Virus record (IMG/VR): IMGVR_UViG_3300037601_000035
Reading direction: 5' to 3' (one strand)
Origin: an uncultured virus (IMG/VR IMGVR_UViG_3300037601_000035)
Taxonomy: Duplodnaviria > Heunggongvirae > Uroviricota > Caudoviricetes
Length of the DNA stretch: 64,000 nt
Under the pieces are notes generated by a model. It was not told where the DNA came from. It made no database searches and was given only the letters and a program-made list of their open reading frames with translations. Each line of letters begins with the position of its first letter. Position 1 is the first letter of the stretch. Shown here one piece after another: positions 27,529 to 37,040 of the stretch. A program made the position numbers and the translations under genes.

Positions 27529-29202
27529 ATGAGTTTAAAAACTGCTAAAGAAAAATATTTACTTAAGAAAAAAATAAACAAAAAACTTTTTAATAAACTT
27601 AAAGAAGCGGATCCTTCTAAAAGCTACAAGTATCTTGAAGCTATGTGTAAATTTTATTTACAAAACGATTTTACAGAACACGACATTCCTAAACTTGCAA
27701 GATACATTTATCATTGGAATAGATTTAGAAAAAAGAAATACATTAAAGAAGATATTAATCAGTTAAATTTTAATGAATTTAACCGTATCTTAACTGAAGT
27801 AGGAATGAAATATAATGATAAAATTTTAAAAACTTTAGATTCGCATACTTCTGAAACTGTAATAGTAGACAATGAAAAATTAAAAATTGTAGTTCCTCAT
27901 ACAAAATATGCATCTATTAAACATGGCGCAGGAACCAAGTGGTGTACGTCTGCAAAGAACAGTAACAGATTTCGTGAATATAGAAATTCTTCTAGTGTTT
28001 TGTATTATGTCCACTTTAAAGATTTAGACGATTTTCCAGATAAACCTATGCATAATGATTCTCAATATAAAACTGCATATTTAGTAGATTATGAAGAAAA
28101 TTTAGTTGAACTTTGGGACGCAGACGATTCTCTACTATATTCTTTTCGTTTTGAAAACGAAGAAAAAGCAAAGGAAACATTAAAAGAATTTAATGCGAAT
28201 CATGTAGAAGCTTTGAGATTAATTGATTATAAAAATGAAGAGTTTATAAAAGATAAATACTTTACTCTAAGTCCTAAAATTTCTTTTATTGAAAAACTAC
28301 AAAGTTATTATACTCAATTAGTATATGTATTTAATGATGACAAAACAATTGACATTTTTGAAAGAGCAGAAGAAATGTCAGATATTATAAGTTCTATTTA
28401 TATGTCTTCTTTTCCTATAAAAATAAAATATCTTTTTGGAAGTCGCTCAAATTTAATTGTTCATGATAAAGAATTTTATGATAATTTACCAGAGTTCGTT
28501 TATTTAAAAACAGAATTAAGATTTGTGAACTATATGCCCTCTAACACTCACAATTTTTCTGTGAAGTTGCCTAAAGGAAGAGTAAGAGAGTTTTGTATTA
28601 TACACGGAAATATTTCACATATAGATTATACTGATTTAGAAATTACTTCAAAAATATTTCTAAAACATACCGAAATTAAATCATTAAAAAATATCCCGTT
28701 AAATATCAAAGCTTTGACAGTAAATTACAATAACTTGAAACAAATAGATTTACCTAGAGGAAATAAAATATGTTACTTAAATTTAGAAGATAATAATATA
28801 ACTAAAATAGAAAATCTAAATGATAAAATGGATAATCTTATTTTAGCAAATAATAAAATAACTAAAGTTGAAAATTTGCCTTCATATTGTGTTAATATAG
28901 ATTTAAAAAGAAATCCAATAAAAGAAATTTCTGATTTATCTAAGAATGGTTTTGAAGATTTAGAAATAGAATCTTCAGCCAATTTTAAAATGAACGGAGC
29001 ATTTATTAGAAGTGTTCGTTTATCTAATCCTCGTCAAAAAGAAACGGAAAAAATAAATGAAGAAATAGAAGAATCGATAGAAGAAGATTTATCTTTATCA
29101 GGAGGGTATACTACTATATGGGGTAAAAAACCTGTCTATGCAGTACAAAATGAAGATTATGAAATAGAAATAATTGAAGTAGATGAAAATATACCATTTT
29201 AA
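27529..29202 (+). CDS. WCT-domain + LRR protein (family B, leaderless)
   Basis: KHGAGTKWCTSA; LRRs; acidic tail ending DENIPF. Confidence 0.85.
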   Translation: MSLKTAKEKYLLKKKINKKLFNKLKEADPSKSYKYLEAMCKFYLQNDFTEHDIPKLARYIYHWNRFRKKKYIKEDINQLNFNEFNRILTEVGMKYNDKILKTLDSHTSETVIVDNEKLKIVVPHTKYASIKHGAGTKWCTSAKNSNRFREYRNSSSVLYYVHFKDLDDFPDKPMHNDSQYKTAYLVDYEENLVELWDADDSLLYSFRFENEEKAKETLKEFNANHVEALRLIDYKNEEFIKDKYFTLSPKISFIEKLQSYYTQLVYVFNDDKTIDIFERAEEMSDIISSIYMSSFPIKIKYLFGSRSNLIVHDKEFYDNLPEFVYLKTELRFVNYMPSNTHNFSVKLPKGRVREFCIIHGNISHIDYTDLEITSKIFLKHTEIKSLKNIPLNIKALTVNYNNLKQIDLPRGNKICYLNLEDNNITKIENLNDKMDNLILANNKITKVENLPSYCVNIDLKRNPIKEISDLSKNGFEDLEIESSANFKMNGAFIRSVRLSNPRQKETEKINEEIEESIEEDLSLSGGYTTIWGKKPVYAVQNEDYEIEIIEVDENIPF

Positions 29203-29215
29203 ATAGGAGAATGAA

Positions 29216-30754
29216 ATGAGTTTAAAATTAGCTAGAAAAAAATATGTAGAAACCGGAAAGATTAATAAAGAAGAATTTAATAAGTTAAAAGAAGCGGTTC
29301 CTTTTAAAGCATATAAATATATGATATTTATTTGTGAACTTTATTTACACCAATATTCTCATTTTTATATAAAATTTATTACTAAATCTATGTATAATTT
29401 AGATAAAAGAAATAAGTATAACATGTATAATCCATACCAAGAATTTTCTATCCATAAAATGTGTACTGATGTTGAAGCAATTACAAATAGATTTATACGA
29501 AATAGTGAAGACGTAAAATCACACGAATTGATTCTTAGAGATGATGAAGAATGGAAAATAGTAGTTCCGTTAAATAAAACATCTTCGATAAAATACGGCT
29601 ATGGAGCTAAATGGTGTACTGCAGCAACTGAAAGTAAAAATTATTTCTACTATCATGTATATCCTAATGGAACTTTATACTATTTTCAAAATAAAAAATT
29701 ATCACCGAATGCTAAAAGATATAAAATGGCAGTTCATTCTAATAGTAACGGAATAACTATTTGGGATGCGCCTAATGATCAGATATATTCTGAATATACA
29801 AAAAACAAATTAAGCAAATTATTACCACAAGAATATCAAAATTTTCCAATTCTTAATAAAGAGTTCGAAGAAATATCGTCATTTAGTGGGGTCGACATTC
29901 TTATTGATGTAGATGAAATAAAAATAACTAAAAATATAGACAGCACTTATGATTTACATAACTTTTATATTAGAAATCAAAGAGATGATTTTTTTAAAAA
30001 TTTAAAAATTAAAAATATTCATGGCGAATGTCATTTTTTTAGTAAAACGTTGAAAGATTTAAATATACTTTCTTCTGTAGAATTTATTAATGAAATTGAA
30101 ATCCATTCAAATAATTTAGAAACTTTAGAAGGACTTCCTTCTAATAATAGATTGATTATTAGAGGAGGGGTTGGATATGAAAGAGTAAATGAAAATCCTT
30201 TTTCTTTTAAAGGAATTCCTAAAAAATTAAAAAACTTGAAGATTGAAAGTTTAGATAAAATAGACTACATAGATTATATGCCTGATATTATTACTGGTGA
30301 ATTATTTTTAGAAAGAAACTCAGCTAATTACACATTAAATTTTAAACAATTTCCTTCTAAAATTAATACTTTCCGTATCGGTTTTGGACATAATAAAATT
30401 AAAATTAACCCAAAAATTGAAATTGATTTAGAAAATTTAATTATTCATAGCTGTTTAAGAATAGACAATGATAAAAATTTATTAGATAATATCAATATTC
30501 AAACGTTAAAACATATTCAAATTAAAGACATTCCAACGATGACAATACTTGAATTTTTATCAACTCTCCCGTCTAGTTGTGTTGTTGAAATAAATTTCAC
30601 TATTAATGAGACGGGTAGCATTGGAGAAATAGTATATCTAAAAAGAAAACTAGATGAATTAAAAGCACAAGTACATTTTAATATTTTGGGTTTTGATATG
30701 GACCAATTAGAAAATATGGTAGAAGAAAGAACTGAACTTCTGGAATCTTTGTAA
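29216..30754 (+). CDS. WCT-domain + degenerate LRR protein (family B, leaderless)
   Basis: MSLKLARKKY, KYGYGAKWCTAA, NNLETLEGLP. Confidence 0.8.
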   Translation: MSLKLARKKYVETGKINKEEFNKLKEAVPFKAYKYMIFICELYLHQYSHFYIKFITKSMYNLDKRNKYNMYNPYQEFSIHKMCTDVEAITNRFIRNSEDVKSHELILRDDEEWKIVVPLNKTSSIKYGYGAKWCTAATESKNYFYYHVYPNGTLYYFQNKKLSPNAKRYKMAVHSNSNGITIWDAPNDQIYSEYTKNKLSKLLPQEYQNFPILNKEFEEISSFSGVDILIDVDEIKITKNIDSTYDLHNFYIRNQRDDFFKNLKIKNIHGECHFFSKTLKDLNILSSVEFINEIEIHSNNLETLEGLPSNNRLIIRGGVGYERVNENPFSFKGIPKKLKNLKIESLDKIDYIDYMPDIITGELFLERNSANYTLNFKQFPSKINTFRIGFGHNKIKINPKIEIDLENLIIHSCLRIDNDKNLLDNINIQTLKHIQIKDIPTMTILEFLSTLPSSCVVEINFTINETGSIGEIVYLKRKLDELKAQVHFNILGFDMDQLENMVEERTELLESL

Positions 30755-30758
30755 TAGA

Positions 30759-30786
30759 AAACTTTTCACTTATTTTTAAGTATAAT
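30759..30786 (+). promoter_or_regulatory. AAACTWTW-N14-TATAAT promoter
   Basis: AAACTTTT 30759-30766, TATAAT 30781-30786. Confidence 0.7.
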
Positions 30787-30790
30787 AAAT

Positions 30791-31462
30791 ATGAAAAATT
30801 TAAAAGAAACATTTAAACAAATAATTCACTTCAATGAAAGTGATGAACACTTAAACTTATTTTTAGACGAATTAGTATTTCAATATTCTCAACCTTGGAG
30901 AAAATATCACAATGTAGATCATGTTTTTTCTTTATTAGATTCTATTACAACAGAAATAGAAAACGATTTATCTGAAAAAGAAATGCTTTTACTTAAAACT
31001 GGTATTTTATTTCATGATGTCATTTATGTTCCAGGATCTTCGGTAAATGAAGAAGCTTCTGCAGATTTTGCAAATACTTTTTTATTAAGAGCTGGATGGT
31101 CATTTGAAGATGTGTTAACAATTAAAGGATTGATAAAATCGACTAGTTTCAATCCTACATTAAATCACCCAAAACATTATTATGTAAAGCCATATTTACT
31201 TGCAGAAATAATTCAAGATTTAGATCTTTTAGGATTTTCTTATGATGAAGAAGAATTCATTTTAAATCAAGAAAAAGTATTTAATGAACTTCAAATATTG
31301 AAACATGAAAAATCAACTCCAAATACTTTCTATGAAACTATAGTAGAAGCAATGGAAAAGGGCGGAAGATTATATAAAACAAAATACTTTGAGCATTTAA
31401 ATATTAAAGCTTTAGAAAATTTACAACAATTAGTTAAAAAGAATAATGGAAATAATATTTAG
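30791..31462 (+). CDS. HD-superfamily metal-dependent phosphohydrolase
   Basis: RKYHNVDH, FHDVIY, NEEASA, DLD. Confidence 0.8.
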   Translation: MKNLKETFKQIIHFNESDEHLNLFLDELVFQYSQPWRKYHNVDHVFSLLDSITTEIENDLSEKEMLLLKTGILFHDVIYVPGSSVNEEASADFANTFLLRAGWSFEDVLTIKGLIKSTSFNPTLNHPKHYYVKPYLLAEIIQDLDLLGFSYDEEEFILNQEKVFNELQILKHEKSTPNTFYETIVEAMEKGGRLYKTKYFEHLNIKALENLQQLVKKNNGNNI

Positions 31463-31559
31463 AAGTTTTTGGACCTTTGCTGGTACAGTTATTCTATTAA
31501 TGATTGTATTGGATTTTATATTAGATGTGATTAAAGAATTTAAAAAGGATAAAAAATGA
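31446..31559 (+). CDS. 37-aa single-TM membrane peptide (not in ORF track)
   Basis: MEIIFRSFWTFAGTVILLMIVLDFILDVIKEFKKDKK; fills the gap and overlaps the next start (ATGA). Confidence 0.6.
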   Translation: MEIIFRSFWTFAGTVILLMIVLDFILDVIKEFKKDKK

Positions 31560-32146
31560 AAGTTAAAGAAGTTTTTGATAATATTACATTTCCAATAACT
31601 CTTTATGATAAAAATAAAAATGTAATTTATCATGAAGAAGAAAATGGACAATTTATAATAATGATTTATGATAGTTCAAATAGATTAATATATCAAGAAA
31701 TGTCAAGTGGTTATTTTAAAGAATGTGAATATGATAATGAAGGAAACTTAATATATTTTAAAAATCCTAACGGAATTAAATTTGACAATAGACCGGATTT
31801 TAAAAAGAAATTTAAAATAAAAACATATTCAATAAAAAATAATTCTAATGAAGGTCTTACTGCAAGAGATCCAAATTTACAAAATGGGGAACATAGAGAA
31901 GTACAATTAGAAGATCTTTTTATAGAAATTCCAGATCCTATTTTATTTTATGATAAACAAGAAAATAAAATTTATTATCAAGACAAGAAAGGTTTTTATT
32001 GGAAATCAGAATATGACGAAAATTCAAATCAAGTTTATTATAATGATAAATACAATAGATGGTGGAAAAAAGAATATGATTCACAATCTAGAGTGATTAA
32101 AGAAGTAACTCCTACTGGAGAACAATATTATGAATACGATAATTAA
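31556..32146 (+). CDS. YD-like repeat protein
   Basis: Repeated (E)YDxxxNxIY units in two duplicated halves. Confidence 0.65.
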   Translation: MKVKEVFDNITFPITLYDKNKNVIYHEEENGQFIIMIYDSSNRLIYQEMSSGYFKECEYDNEGNLIYFKNPNGIKFDNRPDFKKKFKIKTYSIKNNSNEGLTARDPNLQNGEHREVQLEDLFIEIPDPILFYDKQENKIYYQDKKGFYWKSEYDENSNQVYYNDKYNRWWKKEYDSQSRVIKEVTPTGEQYYEYDN

Positions 32147-32156
32147 GTAAAAGAAA

Positions 32157-33332
32157 ATGAAAGTTAATTTAATAGTAGACACAAACAATTTATTCTATCA
32201 AAATGCTGATGTAAAATATTATGCAAATAGAGTAGGGCATAAATTTCCAACGACTGAGAAAAAATTAGGTTCTCCTGAAGCATTAGAAATATTTAAGGAA
32301 AGTATCAATGTTTCATTTAGAACTATATGTCAAAACTTTTCTAAAATTGATCAAGTATATTTTGTTCAAGATTCTTCTTCTTGGAGAAAACAAGTTGATA
32401 TTCACGGAGAAAAATCTTATAAAGCAAATAGAGAAGATTCACATGATGACATGGATTGGAATGCCTGGACAACAGGAATAGATTGGATGATTTCTTCTGA
32501 ACCTCATTATACAAATATTAGAATGAAAGGTTTTGAGGCAGATGATTTAGTATGTTTATTAAATAGAAGATTGCTTGAAGAAGATCCTACATGTGTTAAT
32601 ATTATTCTTTCTTCAGATGGAGATTTTCAACAGCTACTTCAACCTAGAACTTTAATTTATCATCCAGTAAGAAATCATATAAAGCTTTTAATGTCTGAAG
32701 ATTTTACTTTAGAAGATATTAAAATTTTAGAAGAAAAAGAACCTGCTATTTTAGAAGCAGCAACAGAAACTTCTAATGATGATCCATTTTCTATATTTGA
32801 CGTTTCAGATATTAGTATAACAGATTCTAATTCCGATGTTCCTTTACATAAAATATTGCAAAGCTCTTTAGATATTCATAATATAGATAGTCAAGAAAAA
32901 ATCTGTACTAAAATTTTAAAAGGAGACGATAAAGATAATGTTCCTTCTTCTTTTCATTGGAATAATAAAAATGGAAATCCTACAAGAGTAACTGATAGAT
33001 ATGTAAAAAAGATATTTGAAAAGTTTAAAGAACAGAATCTTCCAATTCATATTAAAAGTATTTTAAAAAATATTGAAATTATTAAAGACACTTTAGAATA
33101 TGAAATCAATAAATCAAATTCTAAAAAAGATACTTACATAACCGTTCCTTTAGAAGAACTAAAACATAATATCTTTTTAAACTTTAAACTTCTTTATTTA
33201 TCAAGACAAACGTTTCCTAAAGATTTAGTAAGTAAATTTGATCAAGCATTTGAAGATTTAAAAGAAGGAAAAGGATTATTTTCTAAGATACAACCTACAC
33301 TAGTAGATTCTTCAAATGAGGAGTTATTTTAA
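32157..33332 (+). CDS. rnh: T4 RNase H-like 5'-3' exonuclease
   Basis: VDTNN, SWRK, YKANR, EADDL, SSDGDFQQL, GDDKDNVP. Confidence 0.88.
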   Translation: MKVNLIVDTNNLFYQNADVKYYANRVGHKFPTTEKKLGSPEALEIFKESINVSFRTICQNFSKIDQVYFVQDSSSWRKQVDIHGEKSYKANREDSHDDMDWNAWTTGIDWMISSEPHYTNIRMKGFEADDLVCLLNRRLLEEDPTCVNIILSSDGDFQQLLQPRTLIYHPVRNHIKLLMSEDFTLEDIKILEEKEPAILEAATETSNDDPFSIFDVSDISITDSNSDVPLHKILQSSLDIHNIDSQEKICTKILKGDDKDNVPSSFHWNNKNGNPTRVTDRYVKKIFEKFKEQNLPIHIKSILKNIEIIKDTLEYEINKSNSKKDTYITVPLEELKHNIFLNFKLLYLSRQTFPKDLVSKFDQAFEDLKEGKGLFSKIQPTLVDSSNEELF

Positions 33333-33701
33333 ATGAAAAAAGAATCTTCTATAATAGCAACTATACCTTATGAAGAAGTTTGTTTTAAATGGGTAAGTCA
33401 CCATTGGGATATTAATTTGAATGGAATATGTATCTATGAAAACGAATTATGTGAATTTGAAACATTTTTTGTTTATGATAAAGATGAAGAGGACGAAGAA
33501 CTTCAAGGAGATTATGATGCCTTTGTTCGTATTTACAAATTAAACTTTTTACAAAAACTTAAGTGGCTTTGGAGAAAAAGAAAATTTGAACTTTGCGTCG
33601 GTTACTATTGGTCATACAAAGATGGTGAACGATTAAATAAAAAATTCAAACATAAGAAAAAATCGCTTTCTAGTAGATTTTATAAATGGTATTATTATTA
33701 A
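33333..33701 (+). CDS. Hypothetical protein
   Basis: 122-aa ORF abutting the previous stop. Confidence 0.6.
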   Translation: MKKESSIIATIPYEEVCFKWVSHHWDINLNGICIYENELCEFETFFVYDKDEEDEELQGDYDAFVRIYKLNFLQKLKWLWRKRKFELCVGYYWSYKDGERLNKKFKHKKKSLSSRFYKWYYY

Positions 33702-33716
33702 AATATAGGAATAAAA

Positions 33717-34013
33717 ATGGGTGTAGATTATTCAGCGTATTATGGAATAGGAATTCAAGTAGATAAAGAAGATGAAATATCTATAGATTCTTTTTTAGAA
33801 GATGAAGTAGAAAATGAAGAATATTCATTTTTTGAAACTGGGTCTGCTTCTTATGGTGGAGATGCCGAATATTATGTTATTATTAAAGATCCATTTAAAA
33901 ACGGTTTAAATAATTTAGAAAAACAAAAAGAAACACTTCTATATTATTTAGATAGTAAAGGATTGACTACAATTGGAGAATTTGGTGTTGTAGGTGGTTT
34001 ACTTATAGATTAA
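33717..34013 (+). CDS. Hypothetical protein
   Basis: 98-aa ORF with AGGA RBS. Confidence 0.6.
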   Translation: MGVDYSAYYGIGIQVDKEDEISIDSFLEDEVENEEYSFFETGSASYGGDAEYYVIIKDPFKNGLNNLEKQKETLLYYLDSKGLTTIGEFGVVGGLLID

Positions 34014-35533
34014 CCGTTTTCTGGTAAAGGAAGATTAGTTACTACTTTATCATCAGCATCAGTAACAATAAATGTCTTAGGCCATTCGGTTCTAGTAAGA
34101 ATTAATCTTTGTTGAATTACTGGAGGATTTCCATCAGAAGGTCCTACATAATCTAAATGAAATCCTTTCAATACATAAAATCCTGAAATAAATTCATTTA
34201 AAATATAAGGATATGTAGTACTTACCTTTTCATCGCTTTTAAGAGCATTATATTCTCCTCCAATAGATCTTAATTTTTTAGCAGTATCTCCATATTCATA
34301 CCAAAGAATAGGTAAAATCATATACCTATGTAAATTGAAGTTGACTTGATCTAAAGTAACTTGAATAGAAAATTTATCTATTTCTTTTAAATTATGTTCG
34401 TTATGAAGTTGTGCTTGATAATAAAAAGGATGTACGTTATGTTCTGGTAAAGAATAAGAAATACCTGACCATATATGTCTAGTATTTTCTTTCCATTTAT
34501 CATTAAATACATTTCCCTTTAAAGATAAATAATTTTCTTCTGATCCTTTTGAAGTTATTGCTTCATTTAAAAGTTCTACTTTTTCATCTAATGTAAAATC
34601 ATAAAAATGAGAATATTTTTGATAACCTTCTTCTAACGAAATTCTTGAAGATTCATTTAAAATTCCTAGACTAGTAATCGTAGCTTCTTTAATACTTGAA
34701 TATTTCCAATTGTGTAAAACTATAGGAGATTCGAATTCCAATTCTTCTTCTATAACTTTAGAAGCAGTATTATCTTTAGCTTGGATAAAATCTCTTAATT
34801 TATAAAGACCTACATTTACTTTCTTTTCTTTTTCATTTGATAACTGATCAAAGACATTTATAAAGTTTAAATTATAGTACATGTCTATAAAAGAATCATA
34901 AAAAGATCTTTCGTTTTTCCATGCATGTTTTTTAATTTCTTCTAAATAAGTATCAAACGGTTGATTAGCACATAACCAATTTTGTTTATCAGAAGTTTCA
35001 ATTTCATTTGTAGAAAAACCAAGTTTCATTTCTTTTGATAGTTTGATCAAAGTATTTAAAGAAGTATCTTCTTCAAAGAAACTTGAATCATTAAATAGTT
35101 TAGGAATATTGACTACTCCAAATAAAACAAAAGAAGAATCCTTTTCATTTTTAATGTCAGTAATTATGAAATCTATTCTTAAAGGTTTAAAATCTTCTAT
35201 AGTTGATCTATAGAATAAAGTAATGATGTCTCCGTCTTTAGGAAGTCCAAAGTTTACAAATTCATCAAACTTAGGTTGAATTCTTAATTTTATAGTAGGA
35301 TATTTGTCTGCTAAATTTACAGTACAAATTTCTATAGATGTAGGAAGAATAGAAAATCCATTTATGTTAATGAAAAAATTATGTAGACCTACTAACTTTT
35401 CAAAATTTACTCCCTTGTTATTAATATTAGTATATGCTTCTCCATCAGCTTCAGAATAAACATATTCATTTTTATTCTTTACTTTTAGATCTTCTAATAA
35501 AATTTCAGGTCTATGTATATTTCTTATTGTCAT
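34010..35533 (-). CDS. Putative baseplate hub/tail structural protein
   Basis: LKLGFSTN, FIDMYYNLNF, SGFYVLKG pattern of hub-type proteins; next to a gp53-like gene. Confidence 0.5.
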   Translation of the reverse strand: MTIRNIHRPEILLEDLKVKNKNEYVYSEADGEAYTNINNKGVNFEKLVGLHNFFININGFSILPTSIEICTVNLADKYPTIKLRIQPKFDEFVNFGLPKDGDIITLFYRSTIEDFKPLRIDFIITDIKNEKDSSFVLFGVVNIPKLFNDSSFFEEDTSLNTLIKLSKEMKLGFSTNEIETSDKQNWLCANQPFDTYLEEIKKHAWKNERSFYDSFIDMYYNLNFINVFDQLSNEKEKKVNVGLYKLRDFIQAKDNTASKVIEEELEFESPIVLHNWKYSSIKEATITSLGILNESSRISLEEGYQKYSHFYDFTLDEKVELLNEAITSKGSEENYLSLKGNVFNDKWKENTRHIWSGISYSLPEHNVHPFYYQAQLHNEHNLKEIDKFSIQVTLDQVNFNLHRYMILPILWYEYGDTAKKLRSIGGEYNALKSDEKVSTTYPYILNEFISGFYVLKGFHLDYVGPSDGNPPVIQQRLILTRTEWPKTFIVTDADDKVVTNLPLPENG

Positions 35534-36211
35534 TTATCTAACTATTCTATTTTTCATTAATGAATTGAGTAATTCTGCTTTAGTTAATGTTTTTTCTCCG
35601 CATGATGTTTTAGTATCAGCAACAGAAGTTCCTAAAATAACCGTTCCATTAGGAGTAACAGTAACTTCTTTTTTGTTCTTATCTGAAAAATTAGGAGGTA
35701 GTAAATTTTCAGTGTCAGAATTATTTCCACTTTGTAAATTTTTAGAAGCTTCTAATTGTTTTTCTTCTTCTAATCTACTGTACTTATTTTTAAATGCTTC
35801 AAAAGAAGTATTAGAAGTTCTTTCTTTAGTAAAAGGATTATATTGTTCTATTATTTGTTTCTTAATTCTATCTTTAGAAGATTCTATTTCAGGTCGCATT
35901 TCCTTTCTTTTTGCTTCTGTATAAAATAAAGACTCTATGTCAGAAATTTCAGGAATTGCTAAATACATTCCTTCTTTAATAGAAAATGGATTTGAAATTC
36001 TATTATATTTTAAAATATGATATTCGTCATTTATATTATAAGAATAAACTAAAGAAAATAAATCTCCTCTAGCTTCCATTTGACTAGTAACATAACCTAC
36101 ATCATCTATTCTCGCAGACTCTATTCTAGATTCATAAGAAGGCTCAAAGAAATCGTACATTTCAATTCCATTCTTAATTATTAAAGGTTTTTCGTCTAAT
36201 ATCTTTTCCAT
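35534..36211 (-). CDS. gp53/LysM-like baseplate wedge protein
   Basis: RGDLFSLVY...ILKYNRISNPFSIKEGMYLAIP. Confidence 0.6.
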   Translation of the reverse strand: MEKILDEKPLIIKNGIEMYDFFEPSYESRIESARIDDVGYVTSQMEARGDLFSLVYSYNINDEYHILKYNRISNPFSIKEGMYLAIPEISDIESLFYTEAKRKEMRPEIESSKDRIKKQIIEQYNPFTKERTSNTSFEAFKNKYSRLEEEKQLEASKNLQSGNNSDTENLLPPNFSDKNKKEVTVTPNGTVILGTSVADTKTSCGEKTLTKAELLNSLMKNRIVR

Positions 36212-36227
36212 TTTTCTTTTTTATATT

Positions 36228-37022
36228 TTAAAATTCTAATCCGGTATCATCTAATATTTCTGCCTTTTTTCTCCATTCAAGCTCTTCTTCAGTATGTAAT
36301 CCTGAAATATTTAATCTTTTTTTCCAAGAATACTCCTTTAACATTTGATAGGCTTCAGGATCCCAAGATTCTAGATCTCCTATAATTTTCTTTTGTTCTT
36401 CTTCACTTAAAGAAGCTAAATGTTTTACAGAATCTTCATAATTGTAAGGGGAACTACTAGGCAAATCTCCTTTAAAATAAATAGTTCCTTTCACTTCAAA
36501 TGGAACTTTTTTAGAAAGTAATTTATTATTAAAACAACCAAAATTATTTCCTATGTATTTGAGATTTTCGAGTCCTTTTAACATTGTCAACTTATTATCG
36601 TAACAACTAAAAGATCCTCCTACATATTTAAGATTTTTTAAATTTTCTAAAGTAGTTAATTGATTACCATCTGCCATAAAAAAATCACCTATAAATTCTA
36701 AATTTTCTAAACCTTTAAGATCCGTTAAATTGTTTTCGGAAATACTTAAAATTTTTCCTATTGATTTAATTTTAAAAGGTAATTTTATTAATTCCATTCT
36801 ATGCAACCACAAAGATCCAGGAGTACTAAAATATCCTTCATTGTCTACATTCCACTGAATACTATCTTGAAATCTACGTATTCTATCATTACTTATTTGT
36901 CCTATTACATTTTTATTTATCCACTCTTTTACCTCTTCAGGATCTTCTAAAGGAAATCTCGATTGATCAAATTCTTTACTTTCGTTTAAAAACTCTTTAT
37001 ATGTTTTAAATTCTTTATTCAT
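36228..37022 (-). CDS. LRR protein family A (3 LRR units)
   Basis: MNKEFKTYKEFLNES...DTGLEF. Confidence 0.9.
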   Translation of the reverse strand: MNKEFKTYKEFLNESKEFDQSRFPLEDPEEVKEWINKNVIGQISNDRIRRFQDSIQWNVDNEGYFSTPGSLWLHRMELIKLPFKIKSIGKILSISENNLTDLKGLENLEFIGDFFMADGNQLTTLENLKNLKYVGGSFSCYDNKLTMLKGLENLKYIGNNFGCFNNKLLSKKVPFEVKGTIYFKGDLPSSSPYNYEDSVKHLASLSEEEQKKIIGDLESWDPEAYQMLKEYSWKKRLNISGLHTEEELEWRKKAEILDDTGLEF

Positions 37023-37040
37023 ATTTTTATTTATTATCTT

